Origin: Lama glama
Taxonomy: Eukaryota
DNA length: 64,000 nt
Direction: 5' to 3'
NCBI GenBank assembly: GCA_028534125.1
Contig: CM052818.1
Location: 35,280,001-35,344,000, forward strand
Part shown: positions 38,505-49,590 of the stretch, piece by piece
Layout of the letters: each line of letters starts with the position of its first letter
Position numbering within the stretch: the first letter of the stretch is position 1
Made by a program: the position numbers and the translations under genes
The notes under the pieces: generated by a model
Databases searched by the model: none
What the model was told of the DNA's origin: nothing
Seen by the model: the letters and a program-made list of their open reading frames with translations, nothing else

Positions 38505-38509
38505 GTTAG
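38505..38509 (+). CDS. DTNB: DTNB final coding bases (G|GT Gly, then TAG) at the start of the 35-nt exon 38505-38539
   Basis: Acceptor tccccgctgcacag|GTTAG completes ...KDRG*. The exon ends at GCGG|gtgagt (38539/38540). Confidence 0.88.
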
Positions 38510-40440
38510 CAGAGGAGCCAGGACAGAGAGGAAGCGCGGGTGAGTACGGGTTTCTCCGCCTTCCCCCACCGCCCCTTTCCGTCCTCCCTTTCCTCAGTCA
38601 CACGTCCCAAGCCAGAGCCACCCACCACGTGAGAGCCAAGTTAGGGTTTCCCTTCTGTGCTCAGCTGCACGTGTTCTCTGTGTGTAGCCCGCCGGCATAC
38701 CTGCTTGGCCCCATTTCCATGCCCGGACCCAGGACGTCTTGCACTGCCCCAGGCCTGGGCCTCAGGCAGGCCTTGGTGTCACCTGTGTCGGGAAGCAGGG
38801 GGCAGAGCAGACACTGCTGGCTGAAACAGGCTCTGGGGGCAGGGGTCAGAGGTCACTTCCCAGGGTTGCCTATGCCTCCTTGTTCCTGATTTCCCACAGC
38901 TACTGTCATTTCTCTCTAGGGGTCCAAACCACAGTCCGTGCATCCCTGGGGTTCTGTCACCCAGAGCTGTAACCTGCCACATGTTTCTGTCGTGTAAGAC
39001 CAACGGACCCCAGAAAGCCGACCAAACCGTTTCCCACAGTGCCTGGCCAAGCTGTACCTTCTCACTTCCTTAAAGTATTCATAAAAAGTACAGACTTCCC
39101 CACAAGCAAATGGCCATCACTTTAGGAGTTACTCTTTCACATTTTTCCATCTCAGGACCTTAACTCTTATCTAGTCCCAGTTTCAAGGCAGTGCAGCTTC
39201 TGGGCATGCATGCTGAAAGCAGGGATGAAAATAATTGGACAGCCAGTCTGTTCAGAGAGTTCTTCCAAGGATAGATGCCTTTGGTGCAGCCGTGAGTTTT
39301 CTCTTTATTTTTCAGTCTTTTCTTCCGTCCCCTCCCCCACCTCTTGTGTTTAAAAGTTAGGCCATCTTCCTCAGTTGCAGATCTTCCAAGCAGAAAAACC
39401 AGGGCTGCAGCTCATAATCCAGAAAAGGAACTTTCCCAGGCCCTTCTGAGTAGTCTCGTTCTGGAGCAGCCTCCGGGCCTTTTCCTGACACCCCGCCTTC
39501 CCCCATCTGCACCAGGCCCTTGGTTCTGTCCTTGCACCCCGGGACCACCTGTCTCTGAGCCTCCACTGACTCAGGGATCCTGCAGGCTGAAGACGGGCGG
39601 CACTCGAGCTGCAGACATTCTCTCGCTGCTCTGGAAATCACAGAGCCGCCCAGGCCGGGGCAGGCTTTTCCCTGCGCTCACTGCACACGCAGGCTAGGCC
39701 CTTCCTGACAGCAGGCCTTGGCTGCCGCTGCCATGGAGGAAGTCAGGAGCTGACTTGCCCTTGGGGAGCCTGCCAGAGCCCCTCTCTCCGGGGTGCAGAG
39801 GAACTGGGGGACAAGGAAAGCGTGGCAGCCATCTGGCCCACTCCCTTTCCGTGCACACGAGGAAACTAAGGCCCACTGCCCAGGAGCTTGGTGCCGGACC
39901 TGGAATCAGAGCTGGGTCTTCTGCTGCTAATGCTGTCCTCTGACCCATCAGGAGTTAGGAGAAACTTGCCAGTAGTGGACAAGCAAAAGTATAAAAACTC
40001 AGGTGGCTCAGTTTCATGAACCCTTACATTGTGCTGTCCTCGGGCATGAAGCTAAGGCTTCCTCCCCTTCTACTCAGTGTTTCACGGCACATCTCCGACC
40101 TCTTTGCCATTCTCCTCAGTCACAATTCTCTTTCCCATAAAACCACCACATTCCAAACCTTGCACTGCAAACACAGTTCTTTCCTTCCTGGAAACATTTC
40201 CTGACCCTGTGACCTAAGCGAAGACTTCAAAGACTCAAGGTACTCCTAGAAAAGAGAACACCCTTTTCCCTAAAAGGGGGCATGAGTACTGTCAGCTCTT
40301 TGCACATCCCAGGTTGAAAGATAAGCGTCCCAACCACGTCATCGTCATCCCTGTACATTTTGTCCCCAGCAGACATTGGCAGCATTTGCTCAGAGACCCT
40401 TGGCAGTGCCCGTGAGTCACAGTGTGTCTGTCCCACACAG

Positions 40441-40750
40441 GCACAGGGGACGTGAAGTCAGCTGGCACCGACACGAGAAGGCGAGGTCCTCCCACAGAGG
40501 CGCGTTCCTGTCCATTTTCCCACTGCACACCTGGACCAGGCTTGCAGGCTGCCAGACGTCACCACCTGCGGGGGAGAGGGACGTGCAAGCCGCTGGGAAG
40601 TGGGAGGGAGCCCTGGTGCCGCCGCGGGCGTGCCCCCGCCTCCACAGTCCTGCATGAACTAGCATCTTCATCACTCTCCTCCGGGCACAGTCTCATCGCT
40701 GCACCAGGAATTTACTGGAGGTTGAAAAGAGAAAAGAAACAGCACGAATC
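40441..40750 (+). other. DTNB: DTNB non-coding terminal exon (3' UTR); end approximate
   Basis: Acceptor gtctgtcccacacag|GCACAG. The sequence (cacacctggaccaggcttgcaggctgccagacgtcac ... ggaggttgaaaagagaaaagaaa) resembles the human DTNB 3' UTR as I recall it. An A-rich element is followed by a GT-rich element at 40754-40763. Confidence 0.8.
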
Positions 40751-40939
40751 TCCTGTGTGTGTGACCTGATGGAGTTCTTGCTGGCTTCTGACCAGCTCGC
40801 GGGGTGCTCCCCAGGGAGTGGGGCACAAGTTTCCTCCCGACCTTTGACCTTTAGAAACCCAACAGGTTTTCTCCCCTCTGTCGTGCAAAGACAGCTTCGG
40901 GCCTTACTCAGTTCTACAAACATTCACACCCTGGCCACA

Positions 40940-41420
40940 GTGCTAAAAATAGCCTTCCTTTCTCTCACTGCTTAGTCTTCCGCCGGGTTCGGTGCTGCTG
41001 CCCTGCAGCCCAGGCGGGAGGCGGGAGCAGAGAGAGCTCTGCACTGTAGCCCCGGACGAGTCCTCCTCCAGCAGCGGCGGCGGCGGCAGCTGCGGTAGCG
41101 GTGCGGGAGGCTCCCGTGCAGCGGAGCCCCGGAGCCCCGGACTGGCCCCGCGGGGCGCGCTGACCGTGACCGCCAGGGGGAGCGCCGCCCGGATGCCGCT
41201 CGCCCAGCCTCTCCCTCTTGGGGTCCATTCTGCTCCGGCACTCAGGATAATCAATCCCAATTCTCGGTGATTTTCATTTATTTTTTCCTCCTCCCTGGGC
41301 TCCAGGATGTTATTTTTAGTAGAAGAACTGCTATAAATATTTATAAAGGGCAGTGACTGGAATGAAGCGAGAGGCCCCACAGCTGGCTCTCGGCGCCCCC
41401 CCCCTCCCCAGGCACACGGT
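40940..41420. promoter_or_regulatory. Small CpG island just past the DTNB 3' end, with MEF2, E-box, CTCF-like and palindromic TATA motifs
   Basis: Dense CpG at 40980-41210. CTAAAAATAG 40943-40952; TTATTTTTAG 41310-41319; CAGCTG at 41087 and 41380; TGACCGCCAGGGGGAGCGC 41167-41185; TATAAATATTTATA 41332-41345. Confidence 0.65.
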
Positions 41421-42169
41421 TCTGCAGACCCCTGTCCGCTGCCTGCGGGACCCCGTGGCTCCACCCATGGCTGCGCGGGGAGAGCCCACCCAGGGGAGCA
41501 GTCAGGCTGAAACCACAGGGCTAGGCGAGTTCGCCACCCTCCCCTCCCCACGGTCCCCTCTCCCTCCCATTCCTAAAGGAGGGCCAGGCTCCTGCAGGGG
41601 GACAGTGACCAGCTCCTCCGTGTAATGAGACAGCTCGGAAGACTCCGGCTGTGTGACAGCGGGAAGGAGCGTGGGAGCTGGGGAGCTGGTTATCCCTCAG
41701 GTGTTAAACACACCCACTCTGGGCTTCAGGAGAAGCCCCCGGGCCAGGTGCCTCCCACGGCAGCTCCTGGGCCCTACCGAGGCCCACGCTGTGACCAGCA
41801 GTGAGCTGAGGCTGCGGCGACACTCGAAAAAGACAAACATGGGTGTAAAGGTGTGCCCACGCACTCAGGAAACGGGGGTCCCAGCTTGCCTGGAGGACCA
41901 GGAGGAGTAAGGGTGACAGTAGCCAAATGGAAAGGTAGGGGGACACTCAATGCAAACCAGTCTCACCAATGGTGAAATCAGGCGTCTAAGGGCTAAACCA
42001 GGGCCTACCAGGTGACACTATTCGGTGACCATGTGCTTCCCCCACAATCCTGACTTCTCACACTTCCTACCCCATTCCTGAGGACAGGGCAGAAACCCAG
42101 CTCCCGGTTCCTCACGTGAACTTCTTGCTTCTTCCAGAGCAAAATGATTCAAAGGGACAGTCAGATTAA

Positions 42170-42400
42170 GAGCGCCAGTGGCTTCAAAACAGCCCAAGTG
42201 CTCGGCCCAGGTGCAGTGCGCATGCGGGTAGCCCTGTCTCCTGGGTTACTCCGCGCCTGGGCCGCAGGACCACCCTCCATCCCGCGGGCGCTCTCCGCCT
42301 GCCTTTGACAGGAAGTAGCGCCAACATCTTCGAATATAGGAGAGGCTCCCAACTCCCGCTACTTACCAGCACCTAGGGGGTGGTAAGGGGGCTGGAGAGC
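42170..42400. promoter_or_regulatory. CpG-rich promoter-like element (NRF1 and ETS motifs)
   Basis: TGCGCATGCG 42217-42226, CAGGAAGT 42309-42316 and clustered CpGs. Confidence 0.55.
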
Positions 42401-43229
42401 GCCTCAGATGAGTGAGTGGTCCATTTCTATGTAAAAATCTCAACAGTTGATTTCTTTTCAAGCTAGAGTATCTACCATGATCTAAGGCCCCTTAGGTGCC
42501 TCCCGATGGCTTGGCACCTGCTTTCGAATGCAAACCCACATCAGAATCGTGAAGCTGGGTCCCCTTCCTCAGTTCTGACCCGGAACACAGGTGGTCACAC
42601 TGCAGTGGGCATTTCCTTCTTAATTGCTCTGTGACCATTTAGGAGCCTCATTTAACCTAGGTAGATGATCTCTTGAGAGAACTGACATATGCTGTTAGCA
42701 TCGTGGGCCTCCTGGCCTGGTGCTGGTTTGTAGCTGTGAAGACCCCTGGAGAGGTGCCAGATGCATCCTAGGTCTTGAAGAAGTCAAGGCCCCACCAAGC
42801 TCAGGTTCATCAATCCGAGCCATGCTGCAATTCTGTTTATTTTCATAACCTCCTCCTCCGCTGGGCATGCTTTTTCCACCAGCAGACTCCCCCTCTTCTG
42901 CATTGCTTACACTCTGCTCCTGTAGTCCATCACAGCTTCGGAAAGGTACCGTTGCTATGGCAATGCCTAGAGCCATCTGAATTCCTGCTGCACCTTCTGG
43001 AAGAAAAGGGCGTGTGAGGAGCCCTGCAGTAGATTCCAAACCTAGCCTTCGCTGGCCTCCCCTATTGGGGGGGGTCAGATGACTGCTACAGGTGGAGCGT
43101 GGGAGCCCATCTTCCTCGGGCACAAACTCCAGCATCACAAACCGCGTGCACCTGGACAGGTTCCCCATGTATGGACCAGAAAATCAAGTGAGGTTTCCTG
43201 CCAGGGGCTCTCAGGTGTAGAGACAATGC

Positions 43230-43406
43230 CAGTGTTCTCAAACTTAGAATTCCCTGGGGGGCTTGTTAAAAATCTGGATAACTGGATTTCGCCCCCAGAG
43301 TATCTGATGCAGTATCTCTGGGGTGGAGCTGGAGGATCTGTAGTTCTAACAAGCTCCCGTGTGGTGGTGCTGCTGTAGGTTCAAGGACCACATTGTGAGG
43401 ACCGCT
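43230..43406. mobile_element. Diverged MER5A-like MITE
   Basis: cagtgttctcaaactt...cttgttaaaaa...gcccccagagtatctgatgcagta...ttctaacaagctccc...ggaccacacattgtgagga. Confidence 0.7.
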
Positions 43407-46400
43407 ATACCACAGATTTATAAGGAGAAAAGCATCCACATCAGTGCAAGAAGCCATTGCCCGTCAGGTGGAGAAAGGCTAGTATCAGCTGTCTATTCTA
43501 GCGGAAGAAAGGGGAGGGTTGCGGGGAGCAGTGATCTGTGGTCACATTTCTTGGCCAGAATCCCTGGGGGACTGGTGATCCTAGACTGTGTTTCTTTTTG
43601 GTCCTCACCAATCAATAAACAGAGGGTGGGAGCAGCGTCATAGGTAAGGCCTTGAACTCGGGGAAGATCAACTTCACAGGTGCCCAGTGGCTGAGTGGGT
43701 CCTGCAGAGTCTAGAGTCTTAGCAGCCGGGGAAACCAATGACCTGCCTGGCTCAGGAGGGAGAGGAAGCGAAGTGGGGTTGGTATCACTTGGCCCCTGCA
43801 GTTGGAGCTTTTATACCAAGAGGCTTTCTGCACATTGCAAATACCATATTCTACACTAAACAATATTCAGACCCCAGCTGGGCTGCTTACCTTCCGCCTG
43901 CCTGAAGCTCCAACTCCCAAGGGTATTATTCTAAAAGGAAATGATGACTAGAGAACCTGATAGATGTAGCAGGCCCTCCCAGTTACAAACAGCAGATGTC
44001 AAGGATTCTGGCGCCTTTTCTGTAGACTTAACCCTGCCTGGAAAACCAGTTCTTTCGGTGGCGGGCTTGGTGTCTCCCACTGCGGTGTGCCTGCAAGCAG
44101 GTAGAGTGTGCTCGCTGGCGCCATCTCCCCCGTCTCCTGCCTCAAGCCGGGGACAGCTGGGTTAGGACCAGGCATTAAAGAAGTGGGCATCAAGTCGATT
44201 TACCAATTCCAGAAAGCACTATTCGTTTCCCAGCTCTGTGAAGATTTGGATGGGTGTGACTGTTTCCTTTTGAAAATGTAAGATCTCCAAGGGAGACCAT
44301 GAGGAGAGCTGGGACTTGCTGGGAAGGGGGGTCCTTTGAAGAGGCAGACAGCAGATAGACATGCTTGATTTTCTGAAGTAAGTGGAGCCTAGCACTGCCA
44401 AAGGTAGAGATTAAGAAGGAACATGTAGCCTAGCATAGGACTGTCATTCATTTGAGAAGATATTTGATGAGAACTATGTACGGGGCACCAGGCCCCTCAG
44501 GTCTTCAGGCCTCACTGAATGCAGGACCTTAGAGGTTAAGGTTGAAGCCTGGTCTGAGGTCACAACTAGGGAGGGAGGGGGGCTGGCAGGAGCTGCACTG
44601 CCCTCTGAAGCCCATCAGCCTCAGGATGGTGGTGCCAGCTGAGGCCACTGCAGGGAGGGAGGGAAATGGCCACTTAGAAGTTTTGGTCTTTGGGCCTGTG
44701 AATGGGAGAAGAGACTGGGAAGAGGGTGTCCCCATGAATTTAAGGGTCATGACTAATACATACTTGATAGCCCCCTGGGGCCCAGGAACACTGCCAACTA
44801 ATAAGGAGTTAATTATAATTCATAATGAGTTATAGCCTGAGTCCTCTGCAGGCCCAGCAAGTGCCCTCACACACATGCGCGTGCACACCTGTGGGGCCCT
44901 CTGGCTTGCAAGGTTTAGGTCACAGGTGCTACGGTTTTCCCTGAGGAGAGCAGAGCCTTAGACCCGGCACCTGACTTGGGGCTGCAGGCCTCAAAATCAC
45001 CTGTGCACGTTGAGTTTTTCATTCAGGTCCCACTCACGGATCTTGCCTTCACCTCCATGCCTGGTCCCAAGGCCTTCGTCACTTAGTCTTCCCCTCCCCA
45101 CAGAGGTAGCATCCTTGCCCACCAGGCACTCACTCAACCCCTAATGAGGAAGAATCCAGTCTGGGTCCTGATTTCAAGACCTCTAGAAATCCTCCCCGCA
45201 GCGCCTCAAAACCCCAGGCCCCCTCCACCCTCCCTCAGCAAGCAGGCCCTGCGGCTCCTCCCTCCTCTACAAAGCTGGTGGCCACTGGGTGGCGATAGGT
45301 GTTGTGTCTTTTGTTCACCTCATCGGCCACCTGAGGAACTCTGCCCTCTTTGGGGCTCCCCTGATGGGACTGGTCTTTTAGAGGAAGAAGCATGCCTGAG
45401 GGCTGCTGAGAAGGCAGTGGGGCTGGGGAGGCTGGGTGTGGACCAGGCAGCCTGAGTTCCCTCTGGACCAGCTCCCCAGGATGGGAGTCAGGCTGGACTG
45501 CAGGTGAGGGTGAGGAACGCGGAATCCAGGCTTGGGATCTTCTGTGGGTCACCCTCTTCCCTGGACTGCTGGTCAGTGTTTGTCCTACCTTCCACATCAC
45601 CTCAGCAACGATCGTGCGTTCACCCTTCACCACCAGCCTGTCCTGGGAGCCCGGAGCCTGGCTCTCCCTGTCAGAGGAGGGGAACAGGGGACAGAGGACC
45701 AGTTGGTGACATGCGGGCCAGAGGACTGGGGAGAGGAGAGTGGGAGAGGAGGAACGGGATGGGGGGAGAGGCAGAGCCCAAGGTGAGGCAGGGACATTTC
45801 AGGGGATACAGGGGATACAGGGGACTGGACTGCAGGTAGAGACTGTGGGTAGAGAGGAAGGAGGAAGTGAGGAGAGGCTGAGGCAAGCAGAGTGGGGTGG
45901 ATTCTCCTGCCCTGTAGCCCTAGGCTGAGGGCATCTCATCCTGGCCACAGCTTACTAGCCCCACATTTGACCCTAATTATCCCCACTGGCTTTCTACCCC
46001 ATCCCCATGAGCTAGGGCTGGGGACAGGGCTGCACGTGCCTTCCCCTGGGACTTCCCCCCACCCCCAGCACGGCCCCTGCCTCAGGCACAGGCCTCTCCT
46101 GGAAGGCAAAGGCCTTATCTCCCCCTCCCTCCCTCCTCACCACCTCCCACCCTGACCCCAGCCCGTTTATGGAGCCCCTGCAGCCTCGGAGGGGGTTGAT
46201 GGAATTTCCCTGGGGGTTGTCTGGTTCAAGGAGTCACTTATCTTCCAGCCTTCAGCCATCACTGAAGAGTAGAGGGGAGTTAGACTGGGGTCACTGGAAG
46301 GCCTCTGGAGCCAAACTTTGCAAACCATGGGGTTTAACGCTAGGGTGGAGCTGGGAGAGGCCCTTGTTTAATATTTCTGTTTACCGAGGCCGACCCTGAC

Positions 46401-46899
46401 CTGCCCACGGCCCACCTCACCTAGCTGGTCCTTTCCTGCCCCTGTTTTATGACGGAGATTGGGTCTTTCTTCCCTCTGCATATTCTTTCCAGGGAGACAG
46501 CCCCCTGGACAAGGTCACTCTCTAGATGTGTCACACACGCAGAGCTGCCCTCACAATGGCCTTCTGACTCAGGCACACCCAGGCACACCCAGCACAGGAA
46601 CTCAGAGACCCAGAGACCCGGAGGAGCCCCGAGCCCCGCCAGCCCCGGGTCTGGAGAGCACTGTGAGGAGGTACAAATGAAGGAAATGGAACTCTGCCTT
46701 GCGAAACCAGCCAACAGAGCAGCTTGAAGACATCCAGGGGGGAGTGAGTGAGGGAAAATACTTGAACGGAGAAAACAACCAGATACTGACACACATCATC
46801 AGCTGTGCAAGACTATGAACGTCCAGCTCACCGACGTTGCTCGGTGAGGAGAACCCACTGGGCTTGTTTAAGAGGGCTTTGCTCTAAAGGGAAGGGAAC

Positions 46900-47065
46900 A
46901 AACAGATTAGGCACCTACCGTGTGTCAGGTGTGTTCAAATACGTGCTCTTTAGTGTCATCGCCCAACAAAGCTGCGATGTAAGTTCATCTATTCTGAGGA
47001 ACAAGGCTCTGAGAGGTCAAGTAACTTGCCCAAGATCACACAGCTGGGAAGTGACAGGCCCATCT
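46900..47065 (-). mobile_element. MIR SINE
   Basis: gaggaacaaggctctgagaggtcaagtaacttgcccaagatcacacagctgggaagtgacag. Confidence 0.7.
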
Positions 47066-49299
47066 GTCTGCTATACTGTAATGCAACTCCACTCCCCACT
47101 ATGTCAGACCACTGAAATGGCAGAATTTCAGCAAAATTTCAAGGAAGAGGAAAAATATCCCAAGTTTGGGGGAAAAGGAGCAGGGGCATGGCTCAGGGAA
47201 GAGGAGTGGAGTGTTGAGTCAACTGACTTAACCAGAGCCTGGTTTGCCTACTTGGAAAAAACCACAATGGAGAAATAATTGCCCAAATTTGCTGATTTTT
47301 TTAAAAAATTGTGACCAAGATAGTGTCTAATTCCTGCTGCCACCTCCACCTCTGGGTACCTTTCTCCTGTGCTCCCCAGTGCAAACCAACCTGTACCTGC
47401 CACAGATAGTTTCATTTGTTTCCCCCCAGATATAGACTCTGAGACAAATCCAGCAGGAAGAGAAGGCAGGGGCGACAGCACGAGCCAGCAGGTGTTTCAC
47501 GCACACATGCCGCTCTGAGCACATTACCTAATTGACGACTTGCCCTGAAAGCTGCGGCTGGCACCATTATTCCCTGCCCACAGCTGGAACAAGAGAAGCA
47601 TTTTGCCAGGGACACAGGGGTGACAAGTGGCAGGGACTAGAATCCAGGCAAGCTGTCTCCAGAAGCCTCTCCTAACCTCCATGCTCTGCCTCCACGACTA
47701 ACAGACATTGTCTGAGCAAGACTTGGCCTGGCACTCTGCTGGGCCTTCCGCACATTATCTCACTCCAGCAGGGAAGGAAGAGGTGGAGTCTCAGCTCCGG
47801 TGCAGCCAGGGGGCCTTTCACTAGGCCCACTCTGCGATTTGGACGCCTCACTCGTGTGGACCAATATTGCCGTCTGGGGCCCCTCCGTTTTCACCCTGAC
47901 TTTGCAGGACAGCATCAGAAGGTCCCTATCCACCTGCCACATTCGGCCCGAACTGACCAGGCCTCACACTAAAGGGACTTGCTGGGGGCTCCAGCAAAAT
48001 GGCAAAATTTCCCCCATCCCTATAGACACGATGGGGAGGAGGAGACATCTACAGAAATGTAATCGTTAGCCCTACTGAGACACTGGCATTGCCACTGCTA
48101 TTCGAAGTTTAGAGCAAGCTGGAGAGCTAAAGGGTGTGAACAAACCATCTTGATGACCCAGGAAACTGACGCCAAGGAAATCAAATGGTCTAGGGTCACA
48201 GAGGGAGGTGATGGAGGAGCTCTTGGAAAGATGTGCTGGTCCTCCCAGGATCCCTGCTATTAACATGCATCAAGGGGACTGGTCTCTCTGTTTAGGGTCA
48301 TCCTGAACATTAGGACACAGTGTTTAAGGGCGCTCCTCCAGGAGAACATAGCAATGACTCCATACTTCACTTTATAACCTGGTCTTAGGCTGCTGGGTGA
48401 GCACTGACCCTACCCCACCCCCGCCTAAGCCACGTCACACAGCATCCCCATTATCTGACAACGTTACTTCTGTCTGATCACCAGTCTTTCCCAGAACACA
48501 ATATTCACCCTCCCAGGGGAAAGTCTGCCTGGAATGTCATCCAGTTACTGGCCTGAACTAACCTGGCCACACAGAGGGGATTCCCCCTCCTTTCTGTTTC
48601 TTTTAAGAATCTTGCAAGATTAGAGGGATAAATAGGTGCATGCTGCATTAAAATAGAGTTCCTAATTTGCCATCCTTACTTGGTCATGTGTGTAAAATGC
48701 TGTCTGTGCCCTCAAGAGGTTACAGCCCAGAGTGGGAGGTTGAACGTGGAAAAAAGGCAATAATACAAAGTGTTGCTTATTAATTACCGAACACAGGCTA
48801 CAGGAAAGTGCTACGGGAATTAGAGAAGGAAGAAGAGTTCAATGACAGGAAAATAATATGATACCCAAAAATGTAATAACAGAAATAACGTGTTCCCCTC
48901 ATTACAGTAACTCACTCCTTTACTGACCCACACACAGCCTGTCCAAGGCTGCTTTTAGACAGCATTCCAGTGAGTTCTTTTACTGTTTTTTACACTCGTA
49001 AGGCCTGGTCCGCTCCGTTACCATCTTCATGTTTTTTTTAAAAAAAAAAAAAAAAACAACACCATTTTTGAAGCGAAACCTTCTTCCTGGGATACAACTT
49101 TCCTTCACTGGCTCTTGCTTTTGAAGCCTCAGGTACCCTTCTCCGAGCCAGCCCCCTTCTCAGGTCTCTCACAGGCTGGAGGCCTGTGGGGGGGTCAGGG
49201 TGCCTTGCCAGTTTTCAGTTAAACCCCTCCAGCTGAAGCGGAGTAAACGGCTTCAGCAAGTTTATCTTCCAAAGAGTCAATCTTATTTTGAACGAAAAC

Positions 49300-49590
49300 A
49301 GAAAGCAACTCAACTGACAACACACACAAAGTAAATAAACACATCTGTTTGTGGATTTACCTGAAAAATTACAAGGGCAAAGCAAGACGCAGAGGGCCCA
49401 CAGGGCTTCCGGGGAGGCGAAGGGGATGTCTTTCAGTTTCCCCCCAGCGATGGGCAGGTGGATGTGGCGAAGAAATGGCAGCACAAACCCGTGTCCTGGC
49501 CTCAGGGTGGTCAAGACTGGACTCAGGCCCGGGAAGGTTCTGCCTCTTCCGCTTCCGGGCCCAGGATTAGGGCGGGCTGATGAGAAAGCA
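49300..49590. promoter_or_regulatory. Enhancer- or promoter-like motif cluster (forkhead, E-box, tandem ETS, GC box)
   Basis: GTAAATAAACA 49331-49341, adjacent CATCTG, CTTCCGCTTCCGG 49546-49558 and GGGCGG 49570-49575. Confidence 0.4.

Larger units (their letters stand above)
1..40750 (+). other. DTNB: 3' portion of the beta-dystrobrevin gene; the 5' part lies left of the window and the 3' end is approximate
   Basis: Spliced exons translate to ...[140 protein letters not shown]. This matches the beta-dystrobrevin C-terminus as I recall it. Confidence 0.96.

Noticed and set aside
38269..38889. 206-aa ORF on the + strand
   Set aside because: Non-ATG start in GC-rich intron sequence, out of frame with DTNB across the stop exon, and no recognisable domain.
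39296..39390. Pyrimidine tract with several AGs in the 3' UTR intron as an extra exon
   Set aside because: No single convincing acceptor-donor pair could be defined.
40943..41551. 202-aa ORF on the - strand
   Set aside because: Low-complexity translation of a CpG island with a non-ATG start; expected by chance at this GC content.
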